64,000 nucleotides of DNA from the human T2T-CHM13v2.0 reference genome, Homo sapiens. The notes beneath the pieces were generated by a model that ran no database searches, was not told the origin of the DNA, and saw nothing but the letters and a program-made list of their open reading frames with translations. This document shows, piece by piece, positions 15,489 to 28,965 of the stretch. The stretch lies in NCBI RefSeq assembly GCF_009914755.1, contig NC_060936.1; one strand, 5' to 3'. The position numbers and the translations under genes were made by a program. Position 1 is the stretch's first letter; each line of letters opens with the position of its first letter.

Positions 15489-15899
15489 CATGAAATTTTA
15501 TTTTATCAAGCTGATACTCTTAATAGAATCTCCAACTAAAATGAAATCAGCTTAGGGGATCATTTAACTAATTTCATGATTATTTTCCTTTACTATTACA
15601 GGCTATTGCATAGAGAAAGGTCAAAAGTCTTAACTCTTACGTATTCCCTTGATACTAATAAAGTAATGTTACTTTCTTAAGCCTGATATTTCAGTTTGAA
15701 GCCAAGTGGGTATAAGGACATAAAGAAAATGCTACAGATTTTGAAGGTCTGAACATTACTGTATTTACATTAAAAAGAGTTTTCCATGTAACTTTAAAGG
15801 GTACATTGTTACATCCTTTGAAAGAGAAGTTAAATGACTAGCTTATTAACACATTTAACTTAGATGACTGACCGATTTCAGTTTTACAGACACCACTTA

Positions 15900-16290
15900 G
15901 AGAATGATATAACGGAAGAGCACTGAGAGAGAAGTTAGGACACCTGTGTTCTGGCTTTGGCTCTATTATTATCACTATGTTCGCGACTTTAGACTGTGGT
16001 TCACAATCTTAAGTGTGCATTAGAAACCCCTGGAGGCCTTATTTAAACAGACTGCCACATGCTACCCTAGTTTCTGATTCAGCAGAAATGGGATGCAGCC
16101 CGAGAATTTGCATGTCTAACAAGCTTGCAGGTGATGCTGTTGCTGCTAAATGATTAGAAACCATATTTCAAGAACCACTGCCTAGGGTAAATAATTTAAC
16201 CTCTTTATGTTCCAGTTTCCTTGTTTGTACAATGTGATTGGGCTATAAAGTTTCTAGGTTCTCTTATAACTCTAACCTGTGATCTAACAT
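15900..16290 (+). mobile_element. MIR interrupted by MER5A (~15993-16181)
   Basis: MIR halves flank ctgtggttcacaa...caagaaccactg. Confidence 0.65.
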
Positions 16291-16783
16291 ATTCTGAATT
16301 TTAAATTTTTCCTAGACTGTGAGATAGAGCACAGACCTTTAAAAATGGTTTAATACATCTAACTTTATAAAACTAATTTAGGTAAGCAAAGACTATTCAA
16401 AAATTAGTACACTTTCTGTTCTATGGCATCTCAGAAATTAATGACCAGATTATTAAAAGGGCAACCAATTTAGCACTATAATTCTATTAGCACAATTAGC
16501 GATAGCTAAACTGCCTTATAACTTCACCCAACTAAATTCAGAAGAGCTCCTCTAATTCCAAACTTTGTAGCTAATTTTTCATTATAAAATCTAATTTTTA
16601 TATTTTATAAACAACTACCACTTATAGGAAAAAACACTCAATAAAAGAAAGCTCTGGAGAAATGTTTTTATTCTTGGAATCAGTTCCTATGTTATGGCTG
16701 TTTCCAAAGCTTCTTAGGTTTATGCTTTCTAATATGAAACTTCCAATGACAGACTATTGAAACTAATAAAGTGGTGTTACTTA

Positions 16784-17044
<261 letters not shown>

Positions 17045-19195
17045 TTATGTTTCATTATTGCTGTCCCATTTCTAAGAAAACATTCCACCATTCAAGAGAT
17101 TTTGTCTATGAGCCAATTATTCTAGTTTTTCCCAAGTGTTTATCCCTGTACTTCCATCTTCATGATGAAAACAAAGTGCTTCTTTAAAAAAAAAAAAAAA
17201 GACACTTTGTTTTAAACTTGATTTAAGAAAAAAAATTATGGCCATAAAGTACTTTATATTCCAAGGCAGGGTTCTCAATAATAGGGAAGGACCATGGAGA
17301 GAAGAGCAGAGAGAATTCTTAGGGAGAGTTCATGGGTGGGGAAATACAAAGCTTAAGAAACCGTTGGTAAAAAGAAAGTCAAAGAAGCAGATCAGGGACC
17401 AAGGAGTGATCCTGGAGAACTTAGAGGTTGTGGTCATGAGATCCGACTGGGGGAAGGGGAGTAAGAAAGTGTTAGAAAGATTTCCATGTGGGAAGAAGAT
17501 ACACAGAAAAGAGAGAGTACAGGACCTCCACTTCCGGCCCACACCCCAAAGGCAAACTAGACACTACTAAGGAAGAAGAAAATCTAGTTAAAGGCAGTAA
17601 GAATCAACATCAATTAAAGATTTATTTATTCATCAGCCTTGTAACTGGACTTCCTATGGCTAGGCTTTCTCCCATCAAATCAGTTCTTACATTATTTTCT
17701 ACACTGAAGTTATAGTAATCTTCCTTTTTAAAAAAGGAATATACTTATCTGATCATGTTGTTCATCCGCTTAAAAACTTTCTATGACATTCCATTGCTCT
17801 CAGGATAAAATGCAAACTCTTTATCCCAGTTTACAACACCCCTGCTTATATTTCCACTCTTCTCTCAGAAACTGCACCTCTCCTTCCTAATACACAAATT
17901 CACAAATTTTATTTTCCAGCCATTCTGAACTTCTGTCAACACCAAACTTCTCCTTCCATGCCGAATCTTTTTGAATGCCTTTTCCTTTGCCTAGAGCACT
18001 CTTACTGATCTTAATTTCATTGGATAACAATTGCTAATTCTTCAGGTCTCAGTTAAGCCTCTAGGAAGACTTATCCAACTCCCTAAAACTGGATTGGGTC
18101 CCGACAGGCTCTCATATTAGCCTAGACTTATTTGAATCATGGCACTTATCACGCTCTATTTCTTACTCTTGGCTAGAAAACAGTCTTCTTGAAGTGGAAG
18201 GAATACTGTCTTGTATTCCATGTATTAGGCAGGATGTTGCGAATGGCAAGAACTAATAAATAATTGTTGGATTGTATGGCGTTTTTATTTTATGGTGCTC
18301 ACTGGAAAAATAAAGAACAAAAAATTATTCATACGGTTATTTAAAAAGATATCACCTGAAATATAAAAAAAACTCAAAGGACTTTTGTACATGTCGTGGG
18401 GCGGGGCTAAGTTGAATTATCCAGACTATATTTTCAAATCTGTATGTAGGCTATACACAAAAATCTTCGTCTATTTCACCATAATGCAAAGAGATAGGGT
18501 ATTTGTTTTACTCAGAAAGAATTAAAATTAAACGTAAAGCAATACAAATTTTTATAATGTTAGAAAACTACCAAAACTACATAAAGGTATATTCTATGAT
18601 GTAGAAATTTCATTCCTAAGTATATATCCAAATACACACACACGCATATGTTCGCTAAAGTACACCCAGAAGAATGCTCATATAAGTTTTATTTATAATA
18701 CCCCAAACTGGAAACAACCAAAATGCGTATTAGTAGGAGAATAGTAAACTTGTTTATTTTATGAGATAAATACTACACAGCAATAAAAAAGAATCAACCA
18801 CTGATAAATGCAAAAATATGAATGAATCAGGAATGTTGAAAAAAAAAAGAGAAGGCAGACACAAAAGCTCTGGTTCAACATTTAGACTTGTGTTTCAAGA
18901 AACTGATAACTTTAGTTCTTTCTCCTCTCGCTCTTTTTTTAGACTAATGGTCTATCCTGAAGCCTGGGTTCAGTTTTAGCAACCGTGAAATCCAGGAAGG
19001 TTTCCCATAAGAAAATGGGATGGAAGGTCTGGACCGAACACACACAGCCAACAGAGCGGAGGCTCTGAGGCTCACATTAATCAGGGAAAAGGAAGACAGA
19101 CGGTCGAGCTGAGAAACTTCAGCCGGGTGAGGGGACTAATCCCTCTGTAACGGTTGTCAGTCTGAAAGGGCATCCTCACTCGGTTCTGGGCTCAC

Positions 19196-19260
19196 CTCGT
19201 CTAGTTCCGAAGTCCTGGGCAGTCCGCTCACTCGAGCTGTCAGCGCGTCCTGCACTGGGA
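19196..19260 (-). other. FERRY3: FERRY3 (C12orf4) non-coding first exon (5' edge approximate)
   Basis: Strong minus-strand donor GAG|GTGAGC (plus ctcac 19191-19195) inside the CpG-rich region, upstream of the first coding exon. A second donor lies 16 nt further on. Confidence 0.65.
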
Positions 19261-19780
19261 AACCAGCTGACTTGCCGACATACTTTTTCCACACCGCGGA
19301 TCCGCGAACGTAGATTCGCCACATCCTTTTCTATTTCCTGGCATCTTGTAGAAAATTTCTCAGTCCAAGTGCCCCTATGTCCCAACCTGTTTCAATTTAA
19401 CAATTTGAAAGGTGCAATAAGGTGTATTTCTATTGTTATTCTGTATTTCAGAGACAGGGCAAATCCGCCGTTGTGACGAAAGTGCAGGGACAAAGCACAA
19501 ACTCGGCTCTGGTGGACCGGATACGGAAAAGCGGTGCCTTGGGGAGGGCGGGAGCAAATTCGCTTTCCCCACAGCGCGTGCGCCGCCGCAAGCATGGCTG
19601 GTGATGATTGGACGACTGGTAACAGGGGGCGGAGGGCTCCGAAGTCTGGTTTTGGGCGGGAATTGAAACCGCCGCTGAAGCCAACAAGAATTTGAGAACT
19701 GTAAATACCAAGCCTTGAAAGGGACCATGGTGCGGCCTGTGAGGTGGGTAGTTCCTGACATTCGTCGGGGGTGGGAGGAA
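19200..19780. promoter_or_regulatory. Bidirectional CpG-rich promoter shared by FERRY3 (-) and RAD51AP1 (+)
   Basis: High CpG density. GC boxes near 19546 and 19626, inverted CCAAT (ATTGG 19607-19611), E2F-type GGCGGGAA 19655-19662, NRF1-like GCGCGTGCGC at ~19574, CHR-type TTTGAA 19404 and CTTGAA 19714. Confidence 0.85.
19727..19743 (+). CDS. RAD51AP1: RAD51AP1 exon 1 coding part, MVRPV(R)
   Basis: Strong Kozak ACCATGG and donor AG|GTGGGT. 17 nt, phase 2. Confidence 0.93.
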
Positions 19781-20479
19781 AACTAAGGGAAAAGACATGA
19801 GACTAAGGGGAAAGGATCGAGTAAGACCGGAGGGCAGCGATGGTGGGGTTAGGATGGACGGTTATCAAGAACCCAGTCTCCAGTGAGAGCCACCCGTTGC
19901 TCAGAAGTATCCTAGCATCGTAGCTTTTTCCTTCTCTTTGCCTCCCTTCACAACCGTCGCCGTTTCTTTTACCAAGACCTTGTTAGCGTTTGAACAGCGC
20001 TTTACATTTCACCGAGCGCCCAATTATGTGTTATTTTATTTGTTTATCACTGTAGTTATTTGATATAGAAAGAGTAAGCATTCCTGTTGTATTGATTTAA
20101 CATTTCTACGTATAGAGGGTAAGTTATCTGAGTCATACAGCCCAGTAAGTGGCAGGGCAATACTCAAACCTAAGTCATCTCACTCAAGATCCTCTGTGCT
20201 TTCCATCGTGGTATTAGAAACGATTCTTCTATTTACACAGTTGAGTGCCATGGAAGCCTATAGTTAGCCATTCATTTAATAAAGTTATTGAATATATTCA
20301 CTTCTTTAGTGTACGAGGTGCTGGAGGTTACATTCCAGTGGGAGGTGAGGTTAGGGGGCCGAAAATAAGCCTCGAAATATGAGAGTGCGAAAGAGGAAAG
20401 CACTACTTTAAATATAGTAGTTAATATGTGACTCTGAGGCGATAATGCATGCACTGAGTCATGAATCAGGGTAGAGGGA

Positions 20480-21080
20480 ATAGGAGCCAAGGCCCCATAC
20501 TTGACCATATTTTAGGGACAGTCTAATGCTATAGGATTAACAAGCAGTGGGGAGAATCGTAGGGGGATTAGGCCAGAGAAATAGGCAGGTGCCAGAACAG
20601 ATAGGGTCTTGTAAGTCTTAGAAAGGAGTTTAGGTTTTATTTTAAGTCAATGGGAAGTCAGTGGAGGGTTTTAAGTAGGGGAGAGGAATCTAAGTTTGCT
20701 TTTATAAAGGTCACTGGCTGTTGGTGGAGAATAAATGATGGATAGGGTGACCAGAACGGGAGCAGGAAAATCAGGTATTATATCATTGGAGAGCGGTTTG
20801 GGATAGGGTATTATTAGTGGGCATGGAATGGAACAGATGAATTTGGGATGTATTTCGGAGGCACTGTGGACAGAACTTGCTGATGAAGTAGATGTACAGG
20901 TAAGGGAAAGAAAGAATCAGAGATGACTCCACAATAGTTTTGGTCTGAGCTACAGGATGGATGATCTTTGTATTAAGATAGGGAAGACTAGGAAAAGGAA
21001 GGTTAGGAGGTGTGAGGGATCAAGATTTCTGTTTCGAACATGCTGAATTTGAAATGGGTTTTAAGCATCCAGGCAGTGGA
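20480..21080 (-). mobile_element. L2 fragment
   Basis: Purine-rich antisense L2 motifs (caatgggaagtcagtggagggttttaag; ttcgaacatgctgaatttga). Confidence 0.7.
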
Positions 21081-21102
21081 GTCATAATCCCTTTGTAAGG
21101 AA

Positions 21103-21765
21103 CAGCAGTTGTTAAAGTATGGTCTACAGACCTCTGTGGGTCCCTGGAAACTTCTCTAGAGGTCTATGAGGTCAAAACTCCTTTCATAACAATACTAAGA
21201 TATGATTTGCCTTTTTCGCTGCTTTGTCATTTGCACTGCAGTGACCCCGATAAAACTGCTGGCACCTCAGAACAATTAAGGCAGTGGCACTAAATTGTAC
21301 TACTAGTCTTTGCAATGTTTACTGCCATACTCTTAAAAGTAAAAAAAAAAAAAAAAATCATTTCAGTTAAGAATATGCTTGATGAAGTAGTGGAAATTAT
21401 TATATTCATCATAGCTTAACCCTTAAGTATACTAATTAAAAATAGGCTATTGATTTTATTTTACTATTATTCAAGTTCAGAATTTATAAAGGGGTTTTCA
21501 CATTTTATTCAGCTCTAACTTCTTTAACTCTGAAGAGTAAGAGAGTAATATGAGTGCACTTTTTAATAGTTTGCGTGAGGAAACAGGAAGTACACATAAA
21601 GCACTTCTGTATACTGATGCGTGATAGTTATCTCAAGGAAAAGCACTTGTGAGATTGTCTGAGTTGTGAGCTGAGCTTACTACCTCTTTTTCATAGAACA
21701 TTCTTTTTACTTGAAAGAACAACCAGCTGACAAATTAGGTTATTCACATTTAGCCATTTGACAAA
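21103..21765. mobile_element. Charlie1-type hAT transposon fragment
   Basis: gaggtcaaaactcctttcataacaatactaaga and ttatctcaaggaaaagcacttgtg motifs. Confidence 0.65.
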
Positions 21766-21877
21766 AATATAGAAATAAAAACTAGAAAAACATTTTATTT
21801 AGTGCCTAGAGGAGGGAGGAAAAAATTATTTTTTTCACTTTGAATATCATTTTCTTCTAATGCCCTCTGAAGTAGTA

Positions 21878-22100
21878 CAAGTTGAGCATCCCAAATTTGA
21901 AATGCTCCAAAATTTGAAACTTTTGCAGTACCTACATGGCACTCAAAGGAAATGTTCATTGGAGCACTTCAGATTTTAGATTTTCAGATTTGGGATGCTC
22001 AGCTGGTAAGTATATAATGCAGATATTCCAAAATCTGAAAAAATCCAAAATTCAAAACATTTCTGGTTCCAAGCATTTCAGATAAGGGATACTCATCTCA
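21878..22100. mobile_element. Tigger4/MER46-type Tc1-mariner MITE
   Basis: TA-caagttgagcatccc...gataagggatactca termini. Confidence 0.75.
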
Positions 22101-22670
22101 GGTGGTAGGAACAAGGTCACTCACCATTTTTAAGTGTCCGTTGCATAAAAATGTTATTTGGTATGGTGGAGAGATTGAAAAGAAAGTAGCTTTTAGTGTC
22201 AAGAAATTTATAATCTAGTAAGGAAGATAGAATGCACACACAAAACAGAAGAACACGTACAACGGGAACTTACAAATGCCCAACAGCAATTAAACAGTAT
22301 AGCAATTATAAATGTTAATTATGTAGATTATTCTTTGTAAGTTACCTGAATTTTTTTCCTTTATCATATAATTGAAAAGCCAACAATACCCAGGTATATC
22401 AGGTATAGTTGTAACTATTTTAGCTAATGATAAATCCCCGCGGTAAAATGCAAATCATGTTTTAGAGTTAAATATTCTTACTTGAACCCAAACACATTTT
22501 CATTTATTGAAACACATTTCATTTAACACATTTTTATTTATTTCGTTTATTCATTATTTATTAATAAATGAATAATATTAAATAAATAAATAATATTCAT
22601 TAATAGCCTTAAGTAATAGTGGTGAGAAATTGACATTTGTGTTAATGAAAAAATTCTGTTTTGGTCATAG

Positions 22671-22720
22671 ACATAAGAAACCAGTCAATTACTCACAGTT
22701 TGACCACTCTGACAGTGATG
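22671..22720 (+). CDS. RAD51AP1: RAD51AP1 exon 2, HKKPVNYSQFDHSDSD
   Basis: CATAG acceptor and G|GTAAGT donor. 50 nt. Confidence 0.95.
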
Positions 22721-23773
22721 GTAAGTAAAGCTTCTTATTTTTGTTCTAAAGATTTGGAAACTCATTTCCTCGGAATTTATATGACATATATAGCTCAAAC
22801 ACTGACTAAATTGCCCAAATGCATATGAGGTAGGTCTGGAAAGATAGTTTTCTAATCATTTGGGATAATTATGCTGATAATTATACTGATAAAAATTATG
22901 TTAGTAGGTGATAAATGAACAGGCCAGGTGAAAAGTCTCTTTAGATCTAAACTACTCTAAAGTCCATAGTTGCAACATAGAGGTTTGTCTCCTATTCCAT
23001 CCCTGAAGAAGGAAAACACTGTCTTTTTGAGATACAAAGATGTTACAGCATATTATATAAAATCCCTATTAATTGTACTATAAAACAAGACCTTGAAGAA
23101 AGGTTAGGCTTATGTTATGCCTTTTAAGCATTAGTCATATGTTTACTTGACTCTGCTATGATTGAAAAGTTTGAGGAACATTGCATTAGATTATGTTATA
23201 TGTTGAAGTGGATTTAATATTTCTTTCTTAGACCACTAGAGTTTTCTGTAAGTCAAATATTTAGTAAGTCTTCGGTTTGAAGGAATCTGTTTTTGCCTTG
23301 AGCACAGCCTTAACTGTATCTACCACTTGGGAAAAAGAGTGTAGAGTATAACATCTAGCTTTTTTTTTTTTTTTGTCATCAGTCTGTCATCAGATACTTA
23401 TAAATTGCCAGGTGTGTAGTAGTAGGTGGGGGGAGTCCTAAGTTATCTTATTTTTACATGGGGAAGCATATAAGAGACAACAAGTATTAGTGCTTGCTGA
23501 GTATGTGATGAAGACTGCATAGACCCTGAAAGTATGCATATATGTGTTGTATACATGTGGAAAAGCCACAGCAGTAGTTTTACGTTGACAGTCAAGAGTA
23601 GAACTACAACAGTTCAGAGGATTGGTAAGACAGAAAAACCTGTGAGAAACAGTAATGGACTGGAAAAGAACATCCTTTTGCAAGAAAATAAGAAGTTACT
23701 TTGGTAGGATCTTAGGAAGATCATTATGGTAATGGAAAGAGAAAATACTACTATTGTAAAAATCCTCAAATAG

Positions 23774-24151
<378 letters not shown>

Positions 24152-24549
24152 TAATGGGCTTTGAAAAAAGATATTTGGCTACATTGTGAAGTTCCCATAA
24201 AAATAATTTATTTCCACTTTTCAATGTGATTAAATTCTACCAATTTTTCTAATGGTTTTACAGGTTTTTAATCATTTTTTCTTTGACACTTATATGCTGT
24301 CTTAATTGCTTTTGCAGTTTTTAGTGAATTGGTTTTTGATAGACTGATATTTTTAAATATAAAGGGCACAAAAACAAAAGTCGAAATAGATAAATGAGAG
24401 TAAAGATAAACAAAATACTAACAATGATTTTTAAATTGTGGAAATTAAACAATTTGCCTAGCCTATAAAAACTTGAACACACATGGTAATGATTTTCATT
24501 TATGAAGAAAATAATATTTTTCTTTTGGTTTTAATTCACACATGAATAG

Positions 24550-24691
24550 ATGATTTTGTTTCTGCAACTGTACCTTTAAACAAGAAATCCAGAACAGCAC
24601 CAAAGGAGTTAAAACAAGATAAACCAAAACCTAACTTGAACAATCTCCGGAAAGAAGAAATCCCAGTACAAGAGAAAACCCCTAAAAAAAG
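24550..24691 (+). CDS. RAD51AP1: RAD51AP1 exon 3, DDFVSATVPL...EKTPKK(R)
   Basis: AATAG acceptor and AG|GTGAGA donor. 142 nt, ends in phase 2. Confidence 0.95.
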
Positions 24692-25424
24692 GTGAGAGGT
24701 AAGACATGCAGTAAATATATGACATTAGATGTGTTAATTTTAAAGAGACACAGATTCGAACCCTTGATTTAAATTAGAACTTGGGCAGAGTCATAGGTCT
24801 TATTTTACTAGGTGCAGTCAGAAAACAGGACGTACTATTTTTTTCTGGCTTTCTGACTTAAAGAAATTCACAAACATTCAAGGAAGTATCATTAAATATT
24901 AAGACAATAATGATTGTAGAATTCAGAAGTTATGACTGGTTTTGACAGGACCCAGCACTTATCTCTGAATTCCTCAAATCATACGAGACTACTTTGTTAA
25001 AAATGACATTAGATGACTTAAGATGATTAAGACACAAGATGACTTAATATGAGGACAGTTTTTAAAATATAAAACCATGTATTTTCTTGCAGAAAAAGAT
25101 GTCTTCTCCCCATGTTGTTAAGATTTATCCAGCAGTGAGAAGTTCCCATAGTTTCTAGACTAACCGTGGAATTCCATTAGATAGTATCAAGAGGCAGAAA
25201 GGAGTGAAGGAAGTCCTTAGAGACCCAAAACTTGCAGTATGGAGAAGAGATGGGCGGAAGGGGAATATTAACAAATGGAACATGGCATATATAATGTTTT
25301 ACTGCCACAAGTTTCTCTATGAAAAGTGAGTTAGCCTGGAGAAACTTACCTCATGTCATGCTCTTTTTTGCTTTTCTTTTTTTTGGTTTTTGTTTGTGAG
25401 TTTCTTGTATTACATTTTAAATAT

Positions 25425-26390
25425 ATAGAAAAAGGAACCCACACGTGGGAGAAAATATTTGTAAATCAGATAACTGATAAGGGACTGTATCCAGAGTATA
25501 CACAGAACTCGTAAAACTCAACAGTAAAAAGACTAACAACACAATTTAAAATGTGCAAAAGATTTCAATAGACTTTCTCCAGAGAAGATAAACAAATAAC
25601 CAATAAACACATGAAAAGATGCTCAATATCATTAGCTGTGAGGGCAATGCAAATCAAAATCAGAATGAGATAATACTTCACACCCACTAGATGACTTAAT
25701 ACAAAAGACAAGGAATGTGGAGAAATTTGAACCCTCATATATTGCTGGTGGGAAAGTAAAATGGTGCAGCTAAATTGGAAAATGGTTTAGCAGTTCCTCA
25801 AAATGTTAAACAGAGTTATTACATGACCCAGCCTATGTATGTATCCAAGAGAAATGAAAACATATGCCCACACAAAAACCCATACATGAATGTTCACAGC
25901 AACATTATTCATAATAGCTAAAAAAAAATGGAGGCAATCTAAATGTCTATCTGCTAATGAATGGATAAGTAAAATGTGGTTTCCACAAAATGGAATATTT
26001 TTCAGCCATAGAAAGAAATGACAACTGATAACTGATATATACTGCAATATGGATGAACCTTGGAAACATCATTCTGAGTGAAAGAAGCCAGATATACAGG
26101 TCACATATTACATGATTTCATTTGCATGAAATGTCCAGAATAGGCAAATCCATAGAAACGGAAAGCAGATTAATGGTTGCTAGGAGGGGAGAGGGGTAAA
26201 CAGGAAGTGAATGCTAATGGGTATGGGGTTTCTTTTTGGGGTAATAAAGATGTTCTGAAATTAGGTAGTGTTGGTGGTTTTACAGCTCTGTGAATGTACT
26301 AAAAACTGCTGAATTGTTTACTTTAAAAGGTAAACTTTATGATATGTGAATTATATCTTAAGAAAACTGTTATTCTAAAAAAATAAATTC
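25425..26390 (+). mobile_element. L1M (L1MB-type) 3' region
   Basis: ORF2-end and 3'UTR motifs, ending tgtgaattatatct...aaaaataaa. Confidence 0.85.
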
Positions 26391-26409
26391 TTTAAGGTAC
26401 ATCTCAGTG

Positions 26410-26650
26410 CTTCTTCCTTTATGTAACTTTTCCTTATCTGTCTTTGACGTTTTCTTCCTCTTATACTCCATAGCACTTTTGAGCAGCTTGAATAGGACTT
26501 TATAGTCTGCCTTTTATAGGATAATTATTAGCATGTCTTGTTTCCCCACCCTCCTCCTTTAATTGCAGACTCCCTGAAGGTACTTTTAGTATTCCAGCTA
26601 GTGCAGTGCCTTGTACAAAGTAAGTGCTTGGTAAAATATTTGTTAAAGTC
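26410..26650 (+). mobile_element. L2 3' end overlapping the RAD51AP1 cassette exon
   Basis: ctagtgcagtgccttgtacaaagtaagtgcttggtaaaatatttgtt resembles the L2 terminus ctagcacagtgcctggcacatagtaggtgctcaataaatatttgtt. Confidence 0.65.
26569..26619 (+). CDS. RAD51AP1: RAD51AP1 alternative cassette exon, LPEGTFSIPASAVPCTK (352-aa isoform)
   Basis: Pyrimidine tract plus TTGCAG acceptor, AA|GTAAGT donor. 51 nt, phase 2-2, open frame; 335+17=352 aa. Confidence 0.85.
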
Positions 26651-27095
26651 TGGATTGGGAGGAAGAGATGTAAAAAAATGATAATAATTTTAATTTAATG
26701 TAAGAGCTATAAAATCTGCTAAAGGGGAGTGGGTGAGGTCAAGGAAGAGTTTTAAGTGGAAGTGATGTTTGAACCAAGTCTGTTTTGGGTTGAGTAGGGT
26801 GTTTCCCACCTGGACACAGCTGGTAGTAAGGTGACACATTACAATGAAAGGGAACAGTCATTGCAAAGAGGCACATGGTCCTCCTATTTCAAACCTCTTA
26901 TTCTGTATGTAACATGATACTGTGACATTTTAGGAGTCTTATCTTATCATCAAAGGTCTATTAATGATGATTGTTTAAAAACATTTTTGCGAAGTTAGCA
27001 ACTCTTGAATAGTAATTTGGAGAAATCTCAAACTTTGCTCTTTAGTTGAGATTGATATTTTGAAGAACTCATTATTACTTGTGTATCTATTTTAG

Positions 27096-27205
27096 GATGG
27101 CTTTAGATGACAAGCTCTACCAGAGAGACTTAGAAGTTGCACTAGCTTTATCAGTGAAGGAACTTCCAACAGTCACCACTAATGTGCAGAACTCTCAAGA
27201 TAAAA
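27096..27205 (+). CDS. RAD51AP1: RAD51AP1 exon, MALDDKLYQRDLEVALALSVKE...QDK
   Basis: TTTTAG acceptor and A|GTAACT donor. 110 nt. Confidence 0.95.
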
Positions 27206-27854
27206 GTAACTTTATTTTCTGTATATTTAGCTTTAAAACCTTCTTAATGCTTTTGTGATTATTTGTTTGGGTGGGCCTTCACAGAGGAAACAGGTAAAAT
27301 GTGAATACTTTGCACTATAAATAGACCCATTTGCAGAGAATACGATTGGATTTAGTTCTTAATTCAGCTGCCTAAATCTCATACAAACAGACATACATCT
27401 CTGCTTAACACCCAGAATAAGCTTGAGGGCACGGACTGTGAGCCTCAGTGTTCGAATTATATGTTGTTGTACAGTGAACATTTAATTTCTTCATCAAATG
27501 ATTTGATCTGTACAGTCCTAACAATCCATCTCCATTTTTTCCAGATCAGTTAAACATACCCTAATTATGGTAATTTTTATTACTTACAAAGGTCAAAGGT
27601 ATTAATTTGGTTAGCAAGTTCAGTAGACTTAAGAGAATGGCTTTTGGATTTCTCTGTTGATTTTCTCCTTTGATTTTTCTGGCAATATATTAATATTCTA
27701 GAGAGGCAGAAATCATTATTCCTGAAAAAGATACTCTACTGCTAAAATGCTTTTTGGCTTAAAGTTTTTATGTTGGGGGATATTTTAGCTTATTATCTTA
27801 TTTAGGGGTATACATGGAGCTTTTTTCTTTGTTTCTTAAATCAGTACTGCCTCC

Positions 27855-28150
27855 TTATTTATTTATTTATTTGAGACAGGGTCTCTCTCTGTCATCCAGG
27901 CAGGAATACAGTGGCATGATCATGGCTCAATACAACCTTGACCTCCTAGGCTCAAGCAGTCCTCCTGCCTCAGCCTCCTGAGTAGCCGGGACTACAGGCA
28001 TGTGCCGCCATGCCTGGCTAATTTTTTATTTTGTAGAGAGGGGTCTCACTATGTTGCGCATGCTGCCCTCAAACTCCCAGCCTCAAGCAATCCTCCTGCC
28101 TCAGCCTCCCAAAGTGCTGGGATTACAGGCGAGAGCCACCTTATCTGGCT
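27855..28150 (-). mobile_element. Alu (AluJ-type)
   Basis: Reverse Alu dimer with a (TTTA)n tail. Confidence 0.92.
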
Positions 28151-28494
28151 GCCTCCTCTTTAAAAAGAAATGAAAGTTTGATTAGGAAGACTTTTAGTAA
28201 CCAAGAATCAAAGAAACATCAAAAGAGAATTATCATGAATTACATTTAAAATGGAGGCACTGAAATTCATCTCTCTCTTTTAAGACATTGTAGAATGTAT
28301 AAGGGGAGTTCCTTAGAAGTATTAATATTATACCATTTCTTATTAAATAATGCACCTTATAGCATTGGAATTTAATAGTACCAATTATTATGTCTTAAAG
28401 TCCTCTTAGAATGCTTTGGGTCATTTTAAGGTTATTATAACGATTGGAGAGTTCTTAACGTTAGTAAAAGCATGGATTTGCCTACACAGAATTG

Positions 28495-28740
28495 ATAGTT
28501 TATTGACCATTTCCTGTATATTAGGCACAATAATAAGCAATTCCTATGTGAGATCCACATTTGGTCTTCTGTAATACCACTGGGTAAGACACTATTTTTA
28601 TCTCCACATTATAGATGAGGAAATTCAGTCTTAGGATAAGCAACTTGCCCATGGTCATATAGCCAGTTTACATGGTAGAGCCTGAATTTAAACATGTTAG
28701 ATTTCAGAGCCCAGACTTCTAACCATATGTTAACCTCTCT
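28495..28740 (-). mobile_element. MIR
   Basis: atagatgaggaaattcag...aacttgcccatggtcatatagc. Confidence 0.75.
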
Positions 28741-28878
28741 GAATAAAATTATTGTGCCAGTTGGAGTTTGGGATCATTTATTTATATCTAAATGCTATTA
28801 CATTTTAGTACTAATTTTCCTATATCTAGACATTGATTAAGATATATCTGAATTTTCTTTCTTATTCCTTATATTTAG

Positions 28879-28965
28879 GCATTGAAAAACATGGCAGTAG
28901 TAAAATAGAAACAATGAATAAGTCTCCTCATATCTCTAATTGCAGTGTAGCCAGTGATTATTTAG
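28879..28965 (+). CDS. RAD51AP1: RAD51AP1 exon, IEKHGSSK...VASDYL
   Basis: TTTAG acceptor and G|GTAAGT donor. 87 nt. Confidence 0.95.

Noticed and set aside
19176-19798. Several overlapping ORFs of 60-128 aa across the bidirectional promoter
   Set aside because: Expected from stop-codon depletion in GC-rich DNA; no protein similarity recognised.
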